Shown here one piece after another: positions 1 through 12,254 of a stretch of DNA of 64,000 nucleotides; the stretch's first letter is position 1, and the number at the start of each line of letters is the position of its first letter. Origin of the DNA: Camelus dromedarius (taxonomy: Eukaryota). The notes beneath the pieces are model-generated. The model was not told where the DNA came from. It made no database searches and saw nothing but the letters and a program-made list of their open reading frames with translations. Position numbers and translations under genes: made by a program. The stretch covers positions 11,780,001-11,844,000 of the forward strand of contig NC_087462.1 of NCBI RefSeq assembly GCF_036321535.1. Reading direction: 5' to 3'.

Positions 1-735
1 GAAAAACTGGTGAACTTTGGGCAACAACAGCAGGACTCAGTGGTGTTCTTGCCCCAGAAATTGCCTATTTCTGCCATCAGTATAGAGCTTCTTCCAGGGC
101 AGGGAAGGCTGGAAACCAGAAACTTGACTGTCACTTTTGAAAGCAGATCACTAGATTTGGAAAAGCGGTAAAGTTCAGTGATGTTTTCAGAGGAAATGAA
201 TTATCAGGTAATGCATGGCTAATAGAGCTCGAGTTGGCAACCGTGGCTGCAAAAACACACATCCCTGACTGAGGCAGCAAGTGTGTACGGTGGAGACTAG
301 AAAAGACCTAGCAGAAAGTAAAAACTGGGGCAGATTTTAAAGCGGCATGAATTTACAATGCACTTTCTTATTCACACACATTCACTGGCAGACAATAGGA
401 GCCTCATTGGCTGAAGATTCTTGAGCACAACCTCTGTTCAGTAATTGGGTGGTTATTAACTTAGGCAGATCCAATGTGATCCTGGGATACCAGGCTTCAA
501 GAGGAAAATAAGAATTATTTTTAAGAAAGGAAAAAGAAAGAAAAAAAAAAAAAGGAAGAAAGAAAGAACAAAAAACCCTGAGCAGAGACAGAGGTTGCAC
601 AACCTAGAAAAGGCAGATTTCACAGATTTAGCCAGTAAAACTACAAAACAAAGAAACAGACAAAACCAGCAAGAGTAACCTTCTTGGGGCAGGGGGTGTG
701 GAGACGCAGAACCCAAAGGTGCTGTAATATGTTAC
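1..735 (+). mobile_element. Old L1 (L1M-type) 5'/inter-ORF remnant, continues off the left edge
   Basis: A-rich degenerate sequence resembling L1M 5' regions (e.g. GCAGAGACAGAGGTTGCACAACC...AGAACCCAAAGGTGCTGTAATATG); recalled similarity only. Confidence 0.5.
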
Positions 736-739
736 CTAA

Positions 740-1105
740 AATGTCCAGAAACCATGGGAACACCTTAGTGAAGCAGAAGGAGCTGGGAAGGACTTCTTGT
801 AGGATTTAGGCATGTGCTGAATGGTTCTCAGGAGAAATTAAGAAAGCTGGGGCTGGTTCTCTACTGGAAGCTCTCAAACAGCAGTGATGGTGTATCTGAG
901 TGCATTTTCCCCAGGAGGTGGGAAGATTACAGGGGCTAGAGTTGTCACTGGTAAAGAAGCAGCAGAATCATGCAGGTCAGCCAGAAGAAGATGCCTGTCA
1001 TCATTTGTGGCTGCAGAGTGGCCTTGCCTCTGTCATGTCCAAATATGAGCCTACTCTGGGCTTGTCTCAGTCTTCCTTATACTCTGAAACCCCAGTCTGG
1101 TGACA
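740..1105. mobile_element. Degenerate ERV LTR-like fragment
   Basis: Motifs GTAAAGAAGCAGCAG and CAGAGTGGCCTTG resemble old eutherian ERV LTR (MER-type) consensus; family not assigned. Confidence 0.4.
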
Positions 1106-1399
1106 ACGTGGTTATTTATTTTTACTTTATCAAAGTGTGCCTTTATGATCCAATAACCCTTTTGAAATTTTTAAAAAGAAAAAGAAAAGGAAGGAATATA
1201 AATTCTGGTGTTCTTATTACTATTGAGCCCTGAAAATGGACATAGTAGGGATTCCTTTGGAAGTTTTAGACTCTAAAATATTATTATTGCAGATCAAAAA
1301 AAAATCATCATTTATAACTTAATGGCTTTCTAAATGGAGTGGATTTTGGTACCTGGGAAGTTGGTCTGTGTTTTGTTTTGTTTTGTTTGTTTTTTTGTT

Positions 1400-2618
1400 C
1401 TGTTGATTAAACTCTAGGTTAAGTATTCATGGTAAAACATTAAGGATAAAAGAATAGAAATAGAGTATATAATTACCAAAAAAGTAAAAGAAGAGAAATG
1501 CAGTTGGAAAACAAATAACTATCTTAGTCAATCAAAAAAAAAAATTGATAGTAAAGGAAATAGTAAAAAAAATCATGGAAAAGGGGAGTATAAAAGAGCA
1601 TAAAATAAAATGGCAGAAAACAGTATAAATATATTAGCAGTAACAATTATAGTGAATTATGCCTGTCAACTGGGAGGCAGAGACTATCAGATTAAAATTT
1701 TAAAATCCAACTCTATAGTATTTAACAGGCACATTAAAAATATTAGACTGTGGGAAGACTGAAAGAAAAATGATGGAAACAGGTGTATCAGGCAAGTACT
1801 AAGGAAGAGAAAGCTGAGTTACAAGGCACATTGTACTTTAAGATAAATAAAGAGCATGATGAATGATAAAGTCGATCACTACTAAATGATGATCTAATGA
1901 TAGGTTTCACTACTAGGAGGATATAATAATTCTAAAATCATATGTGTCTAATAAAGTGTTATATCTATAAGTATATACATATATAGACACACATATAGAG
2001 AGAACATGACAGAACTACATGGGCACATTGGATCAATTTTCAATATATCATTCTCAATTTTAAGCCAAGTAGATGGAAAATTATAGGATACAGAAATTTG
2101 AATACACACATAACAAGCTTGATACAATAAATATACAGAGAACTCTGCCTCGAACAACTAAAGAATAATTTTTTTCAAGCACTTATGGAACAGTCATAAA
2201 GTAGACCTAATACCAGGCCATGAAGCAAAGATCAATAAATTTCAAAACATGTGCATTCTTAGAACATATTATATCATCACAGTGCATTTAGAAGTAACTT
2301 TTTAAAATAGATAAAGAAATAAATAACACTAAAGGAAACTTAAAAAAACCCTCTAAATATTTTGCCTTGAGACCAGAAAACAAAAGAAAGAAAGAAATCA
2401 TAATGGAAATTAAAAATACAACTGAATGATAATTAAAATACTGAGAATATTGTGGTATAGTCATAGAACGGTATACTAGAGTAATGAAAATCGACAAATT
2501 ACTGCTATACACAATCACAAGGGGGAATCTCACAAACACAACATTGAGCAAGGAAGCGAAAGCCAAACACAAGTTTACACAATCAATGGTTTCATCTTCA
2601 TAAAAAGGAGGCAAAACT
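1400..2618 (+). mobile_element. Old L1 (L1ME/MC-like) ORF2 and 3' remnants
   Basis: A-rich strand with endonuclease-region remnants (CAGGCAAGTACTAAGGAAGAGAAAGCTG, AGACCTAATACCAGGCCATGAAGCAAAGATCAATAAATTTC) and 3' UTR motif GCTATACACAATCACAAGGGGGAATCTCACAAAC. Confidence 0.75.
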
Positions 2619-2870
2619 AATGGATGGTAACAGATGTGATGACCGTTCTTACTTTCAGGAAGGGACAGGGGCTGGGGAAGTGCAGGAGAGCCTGCTCTGA
2701 GGCCCGGGTTAGTTCTGTGTGTGGATCTGGGTAGTGGTTACACGGGGTTAGACCTCTGCCACCACCACGTCTACTACCACTAGTACTGCTGGTATCCTGC
2801 AGACGTTCAGCATGCTGCAGACTTAGGGTCTGTGCACTTCTGTCTACTTCAATAATATTTTCCTTTTTAA
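2619..2870 (+). mobile_element. 5'-truncated L1MC/MD-type 3' end nested in another L1 3' end
   Basis: GATCTGGGTAGTGGTTACACGG and CTTAGGGTCTGTGCAC match L1MC/MD 3' UTR; flanked by 17-bp direct repeat AAAAAGGA(G/A)GCAAAACT at 2602-2618 and 2871-2887. Confidence 0.6.
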
Positions 2871-3055
2871 AAAAAGGAAGCAAAACTCAACAAAATGCTG
2901 CAGAGGAATACATTTGTGCCAAAACATTTTTCTAATGAACAAGATCATGGTCCACCCCAAATTTAGAACAGCAGTCACCTCTGAGGAGCAGTGGGAGGCT
3001 GGCAGGGGACCCAGGAGGAATGGAGGACATCACCAGGACTGGTGATGCTCTGAGC

Positions 3056-3270
3056 CAGGAGTCATAGGCTTTCTATCAAGAGACAAATAATATTTTTGCA
3101 TTTTCAGGCCATACAGTTGGTGCAACTATCCATCTGTGCCGCTGTTGCCTGAAAGCAGCCACAGACAACATATAAAGAGAGGGGCTTAATTGTGTTTCGA
3201 TAAAACTTTATTTACAAAAAACACGTGATGGAGTGGATTTGGCCCACAGGCCATAGTTGGCTGATCCCTG
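3056..3270 (+). mobile_element. MER58A (hAT-Charlie non-autonomous DNA transposon)
   Basis: CAGG...CCCTG termini; AAAACTTTATTTACAAAAAACA and GGATTTGGCCCACAGGCCATAGTT match consensus; degenerate CTCT-type 8-bp target site. Confidence 0.85.
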
Positions 3271-3469
3271 CTCTAACTCTTCACAGAAGGTCAAAGAGCC
3301 TCATTCACCGTTGTTCTCTGTACTTTGTGTTTTACCATTTTACCTGCCTCCCTCATACGGTTTTGCACATGTCAGAAAATAGTCACCCACCAAACTCACG
3401 GGAGGTAGCGTGAGGGAGTCCAATGTGACAGTGTCTTTAAGATGGAGTTGCTGTTTTATGTTTCAGTGG

Positions 3470-3650
3470 GACACACTGTGTAAATACTTTAGTGTCATTA
3501 CTTCTTGGCTAACTGACCTTGAAGTATCTAACCTCTCTGTTTCTTCATCTATATTTGAGGACAGAAATAATGTCTGTTTTTTTTCCTATTTGTGAAAACT
3601 AAATGAAATAGTGCAAATAAAGTACCTAGCACTCTGTCCTGATCGTACTG
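3470..3650 (+). mobile_element. MIR SINE
   Basis: ACTGACCTTGAAGTATCTAACCTCTCTGTTTCTTCATCTAT core and TAAAGTACCTAGCAC tail. Confidence 0.7.
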
Positions 3651-4184
3651 AGCATTCAGTGCTGCTGTTACGACCGAGGCTGTTGCTACCCCTGCCACTT
3701 CTACTGCTAGAGCACTCCTGTGAACCTCTAGGGGCCTGGTGTCGTTTGGAGGAAAGGGAAGGAGATAAACCAGCCACTCTAAGGCTATTTCTAGCTCAGT
3801 GTCATAGACAGACGGGAACTGAGTTAAGATGGACATGTGCTTGCCCAGTTGAGGTGACTTCATTTAATGCATGAATAAGAACAATGGTATTCAGCCGACA
3901 TGTGTAATTAAGTACTTCTGATGCTCTTGAGGATGCCTGAAGACATTCTGCTTCTTTAAGGAGTTTAAACACATCCATAGCACCATTCATTCACACTAGA
4001 TATGAGGCAAGTGTTTGCCCAACAAGGTACAGTGGGAGCTTCAACGTAAGAGCACCTACAAATCCCAAATGAGTTACTGCTTTACTGTAGAAAAGATACT
4101 GAAAAGAGGTCAGGAAGAGGAAAAAAAAAAAGCGCAGGGATAAATGAGGCCATGCAGCCAAGAATTCAGTGTAGCTGAAAAGTA

Positions 4185-4390
4185 CAGTTGTTGAGTGTAT
4201 TGGCTTTCCTGGTAGACCTGGATTCCATCCTGACTCTGCGACTTCCCAACTAGGTCACTGATGAAGTGACTTAAAGCTAGAGCTTGAGTTTCTTACTCTG
4301 TAAAAAGGAGGCGGTAATGAAAGGTACCACTTAATGCTGGCTGCTTGGCTTCATGCCTGCGTGTAGTAAATGCTCAGCAAAGAGTCTTAG
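4185..4390 (+). mobile_element. MIR SINE
   Basis: GACCTGGATTCCATCCTGACTCTGC...GTTTCTTACTCTGTAAAAAGGAGG...GTAGTAAATGCTCAG. Confidence 0.7.
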
Positions 4391-4564
4391 TATCATTTAA
4401 TACCCAAGTTTGAGCATTCCTTTTAAACATGGAGGACGGACAACATACTTTAAAATCGGCATCACTTTGCAAGAATTCCCCGTTACCCCAGTAGGACTCA
4501 GTGCAGTCACCATGCATTTGTCCACGCTCTGTACCAGAAACCCGTCTAGGGATTTTGTGTCTAG

Positions 4565-4720
4565 CCTCACAAAACCCTGCTCTTAATCCTCACAAAACCC
4601 TGCTGAGGTGGGCATTAGTGTCCCCTCTTATAGAAAAATAAGCTCATGCTGAGAGAGGATGGATGACTTATTCCAGCTCACATTGCTAGGACCTTAGTCA
4701 AGGTCTTTCTGACTCTAACC
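4565..4720 (-). mobile_element. MIR SINE (antisense) with internal 23-bp tandem duplication
   Basis: TTAATCCTCACAAAACCCTGCTGAGGTGGGCATTAGTGTCCCC matches MIR core antisense. Confidence 0.7.
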
Positions 4721-7700
4721 CCAGGACTATTTTTTGCTCATCACCTTGTCTTTTTTTAACAGATGTCTCTGTTTTGCTACAATGCTTCAGGGGTTCAGAT
4801 TATAGGTATGCTATTGCACTTGTATACTGGGTATCGGCCTCTGATTTACTAGGGTTTCTCGAGCCAGAGGGTCTGAGGCTACCACATTCCTCTCTTGACC
4901 TAGAATGTTAATTTTGAGAATAAGAAATCTGCCTATTTCCAGTTCCCTCATCTGTGCGGACATCTCTTGGAGAAAACAGTTGTCCCTGTGTCCCTTCAGG
5001 ATAGACTTCTTGGAGAGGGCTACAGAAAGACCCTGCGTATGTGTTCTGCAGATTTGAGCCTCCTTTTCCCGAGAGCTATTACAACTACATTTTTACATAA
5101 ACCCAGCGTGGAACCCTTTTTTTTTTTTTTTGATACTTCCGAAGAGCTACAAGCAACTATTCCCAATTGGAGAATAAGTCAAGTAGCTTTACATTGAAAC
5201 AGAATAAAAGCACTGACAAGCAGTGGGAAGTATTCTGTCAACTGTGGGAGCTTGAGGACCTGGTGCAAAAGCCCTGATTTGGAAAGGGCAGACACAGTGG
5301 GCCACCACGTGTCCCCAGCGAACAAACATGGCCTCGGCATGTCCCTTACTCCAGCTAACCAAATTCGAGAGAAAATCGCATGGCTCCGCACACATCCACA
5401 ATCACCAGGCTGTGATGCAATCTGCTCACCATCACTCATGAGCTGTTTCAGCCATCGTGACTACAGGCTGACACCGTTCAGCTACACCCTTTTGCTCAGC
5501 CCTGCTCCTGACCCACATGTGCGTGTGTGGCTGGAGTCTGTAACTCACAACTAGGAGAGCTGGGAGAAGCTGACTGGTCGACGAAGATATCAGACCCACT
5601 GAATTCCTGACTGGTTTTTATGCTCATCGACCTACTGAAGTAATATACCTTTCTCTGACCTGATAAAAGTCCTCTAGTTTATATGTGAGTGCCAAAAATT
5701 AAGAAATTAAAATAGGAATGTGTGTCGATAGAGGGAAATGTACTAAGTCCTCAGTGGCACTTGCTGCTCTAGGCATGTTTAATGTTTTCTCATTGGTGCT
5801 ATTATTCTCATGTACAGGCGAAGAATGCAGACTCGCAGACACTGGCTGACTTATTCAGTGTCTTGAAGTCTCAGAAAAATGATTCAAAACACAAGCATTC
5901 TCACAATCCCCTGACTCCTCTCCCCTGTGAAGTTCACACGTGACTCTTCATGCAAGCCTCTGAAATAAGTACTGTTCTACCTCCATTTTACATGAGGGGT
6001 TTGTAAATGCAAAACCCAAGATTCTCATTCAGGTATGTCTGACCCCAACCAACTGTAAGTACTAGCAGTGGTACCTAGTTTGGACTTTTTTTTTTTTCCC
6101 CCCCAAAAATACTCTGTCCCACTGAACCCATTGACTGTGGCCTTCCTTTCAACTTCCAGATTCAAAGGCTGGGACTGAATGGAGCCAGAGTCAGCAGGAG
6201 ACAGAGGAGATTCTCAAAAGAAAGCTATGATTGGCCACTCAAATCTCTTTCTACTACTGTCAAAGTTGCATCTTCACACCTTGGTTCAGGACTATTGCGC
6301 CTTAATCGAGCAGTGGGATTACATAACTGCGAAGAAAAAACAGCGCAGAAAGCATTTTGCTTCCCAGCTCGTTATTACAACCTTTCAGAATGCATTGTGA
6401 TGCCTGGGGTGTGGAGAACAGGGCAATGGGAAGGGATGAGGAAACCTAATGGTAAATTCTCAGGCTGAGGTGAGACTTGAACCTGGCAATCCAATTCTGC
6501 TTTACTACTCGCATGCTCGATGACTAGGGTCAAGTTATTTAAACTCCTGGGATGCTGTAAAGATTAAATACATTTGTACAGGTGATTGGCATCAATCCGG
6601 GGACACAGTAATAAGCACACCGTAACTGTTCGTTAGTTTATCACTATAGCATCAGCCAGGGCAGAGGGATGGGAGTGGGTTCCCACCTCCCTTGGTTGAG
6701 CTGAATTGGTTTCACTCCAGACTAAGGTCTGTCCCAGTTCATTCAAGGTTCTGCCCCTTTCTCTTCCCTTTTTTTCTGGAAAGCAGAGGGATGGGCGGCG
6801 TACCCAGGAGAGCACGCGGGTCTTCTTGAGAGGCTGCCTGCAGCCCCACGGTGTAGCCTGCTCCGCAGACCAGGTGTTCCAGGCACCAAATCTTTTGCAG
6901 GTATTTAGCAAATCAAAGCCAACAGCAGGAGGCTGTCAGCCTAACATACGATAAACACCCTCTGCAATTTAGCGCTTTAACACCGAGAGTGTGCTAGCGG
7001 GATGAGTTAATTGCCAAGCTATTAACTGAGCTGATGTTTCTTGAAAACCCTGTAAGCCAGCTGAGAACTGTCTAAGGAACTCTGGGGTAGAGAAAACTGG
7101 GTGGCGATGGCCAGTGACGAGGCTGGCAGGCAGTAACACAAACTATATTAACCAACTCATGAAAATATGATTACCTACAAACAGATGGAAAAAAAACAGA
7201 AAGAAGAGGACTCCGAAGGAGCCCTAGAAATACTGTACTAAAAGCCTTTCACTTTACAGGTAGAAAGTGAGGACATGGGTGAGGCAGGGGTTAAGGGACA
7301 AGAAATGGACTACAGGCTACGTCAGTGAGAAAGCCAGTGCTGGAATGCCCATCCTTTGAATACAAATTCAGTTTTTGTGCAATCGTCTGGTCGGGTCTCC
7401 TTGCTTTTACTATTAAACTTTCTTCTGGAATTCATAATGGGCAGCACAGTGCGGGCTCTGGTATATCTTAGCTTGACCAATTACTAGTTCTATCAGCCCA
7501 GGCAAATTATTTATTCTGTGCCTCGGTTTCCTTAACTCCAAAGAGGATTAATGTTAGTATCTTTTTCAAAGGATTATTGTGATAAACGAGATCACTAATG
7601 TTAAAGGTTTGAAAGATTGTCAAAGTGTCAATAAAACTCATCTAATATTATTATTATTGGCTCCAGATGGTTGGCTTCGAACGACTTGGTGATGGGTTTG

Positions 7701-7841
7701 GCCGGGACTTTTGTAGGGACTGAGGACATGGAACAAACATCAACCTTCTATTAAGTGTCAGAAGAGTCCTCTCTTGTCATTCCTCAATACACAACAAGGG
7801 AGCAAAGCTATAAACTGCAGAAAAAGAGCCCTGGACCAGTA

Positions 7842-7985
7842 CACATGGTCCCCAATCTGTGATGGTTGGACTTGTGGTTTTTCGACTTTACCGTGGTGGG
7901 AAACCATACACATTCAGTAGAAACCATACTTTGAATCTGAATGTTGCTCTTTTCCTGGGCTCCTGGTGAGTGGTACAAGAACCTC
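7842..7985 (-). mobile_element. MER47-like (Tigger-derived) DNA transposon fragment
   Basis: TA followed by CACATGGTCCCCAATCTGTGATGGTTGGACTT...TTTTCGACTTTAC...CATTCAGTAGAAACCATACTTTGAA matches one MER47 terminus. Confidence 0.75.
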
Positions 7986-7994
7986 TTGGGAGCT

Positions 7995-8715
7995 TAGGGT
8001 AATGCCGGCCTCATAAAATGGGTTTGAAAATGTTTCCTTCTCTTAGTTTTCTAGAAGAATTTGAGAAGGGTTGGTGTTATTTCTATGTTAAACGTCTGGT
8101 ATAATTCACCAGAGAAGACACTTTGTCCTGGGCTTCTCTTTGTTCGGAGATTTTTGTATTACTGATTCAATCTTCTCGTTTGTAATTTATTCATTGTCTT
8201 AATTTCTTCATGACTTAGTAGGTTGTATGTTTTTAAGAATTCATCTATTTCTTCTAGGTTATCCCATTTGTTGGTCTACAATCGTTCATGGCTATCTCTT
8301 ATGATTCTCTGTATTTCTGCAGTCATAGTTGCGATATCTTCTCTTTCATTTCTTATTTTATTTGAGGCTTCTCTTTTTTTTTTTGGAGTTCGTCTAGCTA
8401 AAAGTTTGTCAGTTTCATTTATATTTTCAAAAAGTCATCTTAGTTTCATTAATATTTTCTATTGTTTTTCTGGTATGGATTTCACTTATGTCAGCTCTGA
8501 TCTTTGTGATTTCCTTACTTCTAACTTTGGGCTCAGTTTATCTTCTAGATCCTTGAGTTGTTTATTTGTAATTAGTTGCTTATTTGAGATTTTCTTTTTC
8601 TTAATGCAGACATTTATCTTTATAAACTTCCCTCTTAGAATCACTTTTGCTGCATCCCATAAGTTTTGGAATATATTGTGTTTTCATTTTCAATTGTCCC
8701 AAAATTTTTTTAAAA
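7995..8715 (-). mobile_element. L1 ORF2 fragment, antisense
   Basis: GGCCTCATAAAATGGGTTTG, TACTGATTCAATC and GCTGCATCCCATAAGTTTTGG are classic antisense ORF2 motifs. Confidence 0.9.
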
Positions 8716-8744
8716 ATTTCCCTTTTGAAATATTTACCAAAATA

Positions 8745-8995
8745 GTCCCTTGTCTGGGCCAAAAGCAATACGTTGCCAAAAAAAAAAAAAAAAAAAAAAA
8801 AACGAAATTATAGAGAGTATGTTCTCTTACAATAGAATTAAACTAGAAATTAGCAACAGAAAGAAACTAGACTATTTCTAAATGTTCAGAAAACAAGCAG
8901 TGTGCTTTGTAACAGCCCACTGGTCAAAAAAGATTTTTATTTTCTAAAAATTAAAAAATATGTTGAAACTGAAGAAAAACAGAAAAATGACAAAT
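8745..8995 (+). mobile_element. L1 ORF2 fragment, sense, with expanded A tract
   Basis: CTGGGCCA...GAGTATGTTCTC...GAATTAAACTAGAAATTAGCAACAGAAAG is the ORF2 segment just upstream of the antisense piece. Confidence 0.7.
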
Positions 8996-9083
8996 TCATT
9001 TAAAATTACTTTATAGTCAGGGTCCTTACCGTTAAAGATTTTCACAAGTACAAGCAAAATGGAAAAATCCTGCGGTCAGATGG

Positions 9084-9455
9084 CGTATTCATTTGCTAGG
9101 ACGGCTGCAAAAAAGTACCAGAGTGGGTGACTTACTGAACAAGCGAAATTTACTTCCTCATAGATCTGGAAGCTGGAAGTCCAAGATCAAGGTGCTGGCA
9201 GGCTTGGCTTCTTCTGAGCCCTCTCTCCTTGGCTCTGCCCTCACGTGGACTTCCCTTTGTGCACATACATTCGTGGTGTCCCTTTCTTCTTTTACAAGGA
9301 CACCAGTCATGTTGGATTAAGGTCTAACCACATGACCTCATTCAGCCTTCACTACCTCTTCAAAGGCTTTTCTCCCCAAATACAGTCACATTCCAAGGTT
9401 TGGGGGTTAGGACTTCAACAAATGTATTTGGTGGTGGAGGTGGGGAACATGATTC
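9084..9455 (-). mobile_element. MLT1 (MaLR) solo LTR
   Basis: GGAAGCTGGAAGTCCAAGATCAAGGTGCTGGCAGG, AAGGACACCAGTCATGTTGGATTAAGG, GGGTTAGGACTTCAACA. Confidence 0.9.
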
Positions 9456-9779
9456 CTTGGCCTGTCCTCTCCACATCATTAAGAATGGAGCAAACAGAGG
9501 AGGCAATGCTGAAGAATAAAAGAAAACTTAGAAAGCAGAGTTTCAGGAAAACAAAAAAACCCTAAAAAATAGGCAACTGCCCGTGATTAAAAGGTCACAA
9601 AAAGCAGCAACAGCAAAATGACTAACTACTAACATTTGTTCCATGCTTATTACTCAGATTTTATTGGTGATTCAATGAGATAATCCTGTAAGACTTCAGC
9701 AAAATTCAGAGCATAAAACAAGGATTCAGTAAATAGGCAGCCTGATGGCACCTCACCCACCTCACTACAGCTGCACTGT

Positions 9780-10178
9780 TCCTCACTTTCAGAGCCTGGG
9801 TTTTCTACGTGGCTGAGTTGGAGGACGTATAAGGCAATCTTTTAGCACTGGTGCATGTGCGAATCCAGAAATTTAAGGGAGTGAACACCCCATAGGGGAC
9901 TTGCCCAATGAAAGATTGCAGCTGGGGGATAAATGCTCTCTTTTTCCATCCCTCAGGTGGGCGCTGTACTTGCATTTACTCAGCTCTTCAGGGGATTTTG
10001 CAGGATGAACCCCAGTTGCCCAGAGCAATGATCAGCTGGTTAACATGTTCTTTTTCTCACACCCTATTTCAATCTTTTCAATTGCTCACTGCTATTTCCT
10101 GGGATTGTTTCCCAAATAGACTACCCGCACACAAGTATTTGTCTCCGGTTCTCTTTCAGGGGGACTCAGAATGTTACA
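9780..10178 (+). mobile_element. LTR16-like ERVL solo LTR
   Basis: TTCCTGGGATTGTTTCCCAAATAGACTACCCGCAC and 3' end TCAGGGGGACTCAGAATGTTACAACA resemble LTR16 R/U5. Confidence 0.7.
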
Positions 10179-10360
10179 ACATGTGGCTATGAGTCTAAGT
10201 GAGTATATTTTGTCTTTTAGGTTCTATCTCCTAAGAATCATATTGAGGCATTTTTGTGGTATTAGAAGAAGATTGCTAAAATAGCTCTTGAAGGTAATTT
10301 ACCCCAATCCATTGACTGCTTCTAGCCTTCCTTTAGTTGCTCTTAAGTGATACTTCAGTC

Positions 10361-10560
10361 CACGGCTTGGCAAACTTTTTCTGCAAAGGGACAGACAATA
10401 AATATTCTAGGCTTTGCAGGCCAGGTGATCTCTGTCCACGACCACTTGACCACTGGTGCATCATGAAAATAGTCAAGGATGATAAGGTGAGTGAACAAGT
10501 GTAGCTTTGTTTTAATACGTCTTTATGGACTTGTGGCAGGTCTGGGCTGGCCGTATAGAT
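10361..10560 (+). mobile_element. MER58A-like hAT element
   Basis: GGCAAACTTTTTCTGCAAAGGGACAGACAATAAATATTCTAGGCTTTGCAGGCC. Confidence 0.85.
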
Positions 10561-10769
10561 GTGATATAAAACCTTAGACATTTTTCAGGCAGATATGTTA
10601 CAAAGTGATTAGACCTGATGTTGTGCCCTAAAGATGTTTCTCTCAAAACATTTACTTTACGATAACCAACTATTTCTCCACAGGTTCCTTCTCCCCACGT
10701 CCCATGCTGATAAACTACAATGACTCTAGGAAGGGCTCGAGATGAATGTCTGAGGATTTATAAGTTAAT

Positions 10770-10930
10770 GATAGTTAGCATGCACTGAGTGCTTTCTCTG
10801 TCCTAAGCACTCTTCTGTATGAGCTCATTCATTTCTGAGAGAAACTGAGGTTAGAGAGGCCAGGAAACCTGCCTACATCCTCACAGCAAGTAAACCACAG
10901 ACATGAGATATAATCCCAAATCCACCTCCA
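10770..10930 (-). mobile_element. MIR SINE
   Basis: GAGAGAAACTGAGGTTAGAGAGG...TCACAGCAAGTAAA. Confidence 0.65.
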
Positions 10931-12254
10931 AAATTTACCCTCTTAGGGCCATAGGATGCTCTGTAGTACATTTGCAAAGCTAATGATTCTCCTCTGTGAT
11001 ATCACACGTTCTCCATCAATATATGGAATCTACACGAGGAGTAGAGAAAAACTAGTGTGGTTGTCCAAGAAGACTGTGTCTACCATTCTCTGTCAAAATA
11101 TTTAATATGTTTTTGGAGTAAATGACCAATTCCGCAGCTTTAAAAATCTAAAATCTGTTGGTGCTGTCATGTACAACATAGTCTTATTTATGCCTTGGTA
11201 TTTTTTAAAATTGGATTTTCATAGTTAGTTCACTGGGATGGGTCCAAGACGGGAAGCAAGCGGAGCATGAAACTTCATACAGAAACAATTAAATCATTTA
11301 TATCCATACTAGGAATATATTTGCAGCAGTGGACAACCTGTCACTGAAACAGCAGTTAATTAAAAGGAAAATACACTTAAAAAAGAACAAGCCAGAGTTC
11401 TGCTCTATAATTTAAGAGGACTCAACTTCATACACGTAGAGATATACACATTCTTTAGAATGGTATAAATGACATATTTTCCAGATGAACAACAGAGAGC
11501 TATTTTTGAACATTACATAATACAGGTTTTAACCATTATCGGACTAAAATAAAGACAGCAATAAAGAGGAGGGGCCCCGAATCTAAGCTGATAAGCCATT
11601 GTTGTTGGATTTCTATTGAATGGTGCTTTCAATCCGTACTGAACTGATGGACTGCCGGACCAGCTACATGACTGGTGTGAGAGTCCATAGTGCATTCTAG
11701 ATGAACACTGAGTTCTCGAGCCATGGGACGAGAGTCTGAAGGCAAATGAAGACTAAAGAAGAATGCTCCTGACATTTAACCTTCAGTCTTCGAAATGGAA
11801 GAAAGATGAGCTAACAATTATATGGCGTTTGAGGGTAGAGTTGAGCTGAGAGTTTGAATAAACTCCAAGTCTCAGCAAAATTCATGGGTGGCAGGATTCA
11901 GTCACATTATGACCATAAGAAAAGGGGTTAAATTTTTTCTTGAAAATGAAGATATGCATGAAGAAGGGCTAGGGATCAGGAGAGGATAAATCGGGCTGAA
12001 GACATTTAGAAATATAGGTAATTCTTTGAATGACAAGAAGATTTTGATTCTGCTCTGCCGTATTAGAAATTATCCAAGAAAAAAAAAACTCTCCCCCATC
12101 CCTAGACTGCATTTTAAGACTTGGTTTTGTGGTAAGGCATCCGAAGTCACTATGAACTCAATTTTTCATTCATTTATTCAACAAATAGGAATTTCTATTC
12201 AACAAATAGGAATCTTTAGTTTGCTGCCCTTCTCCTTGGCATGACTTTAAAATT

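Noticed and set aside
8223-8813. 196-aa hydrophobic ORF resembling a membrane protein
   Set aside because: Antisense frame of L1 ORF2; the F/L/S/I richness comes from the T-rich strand.
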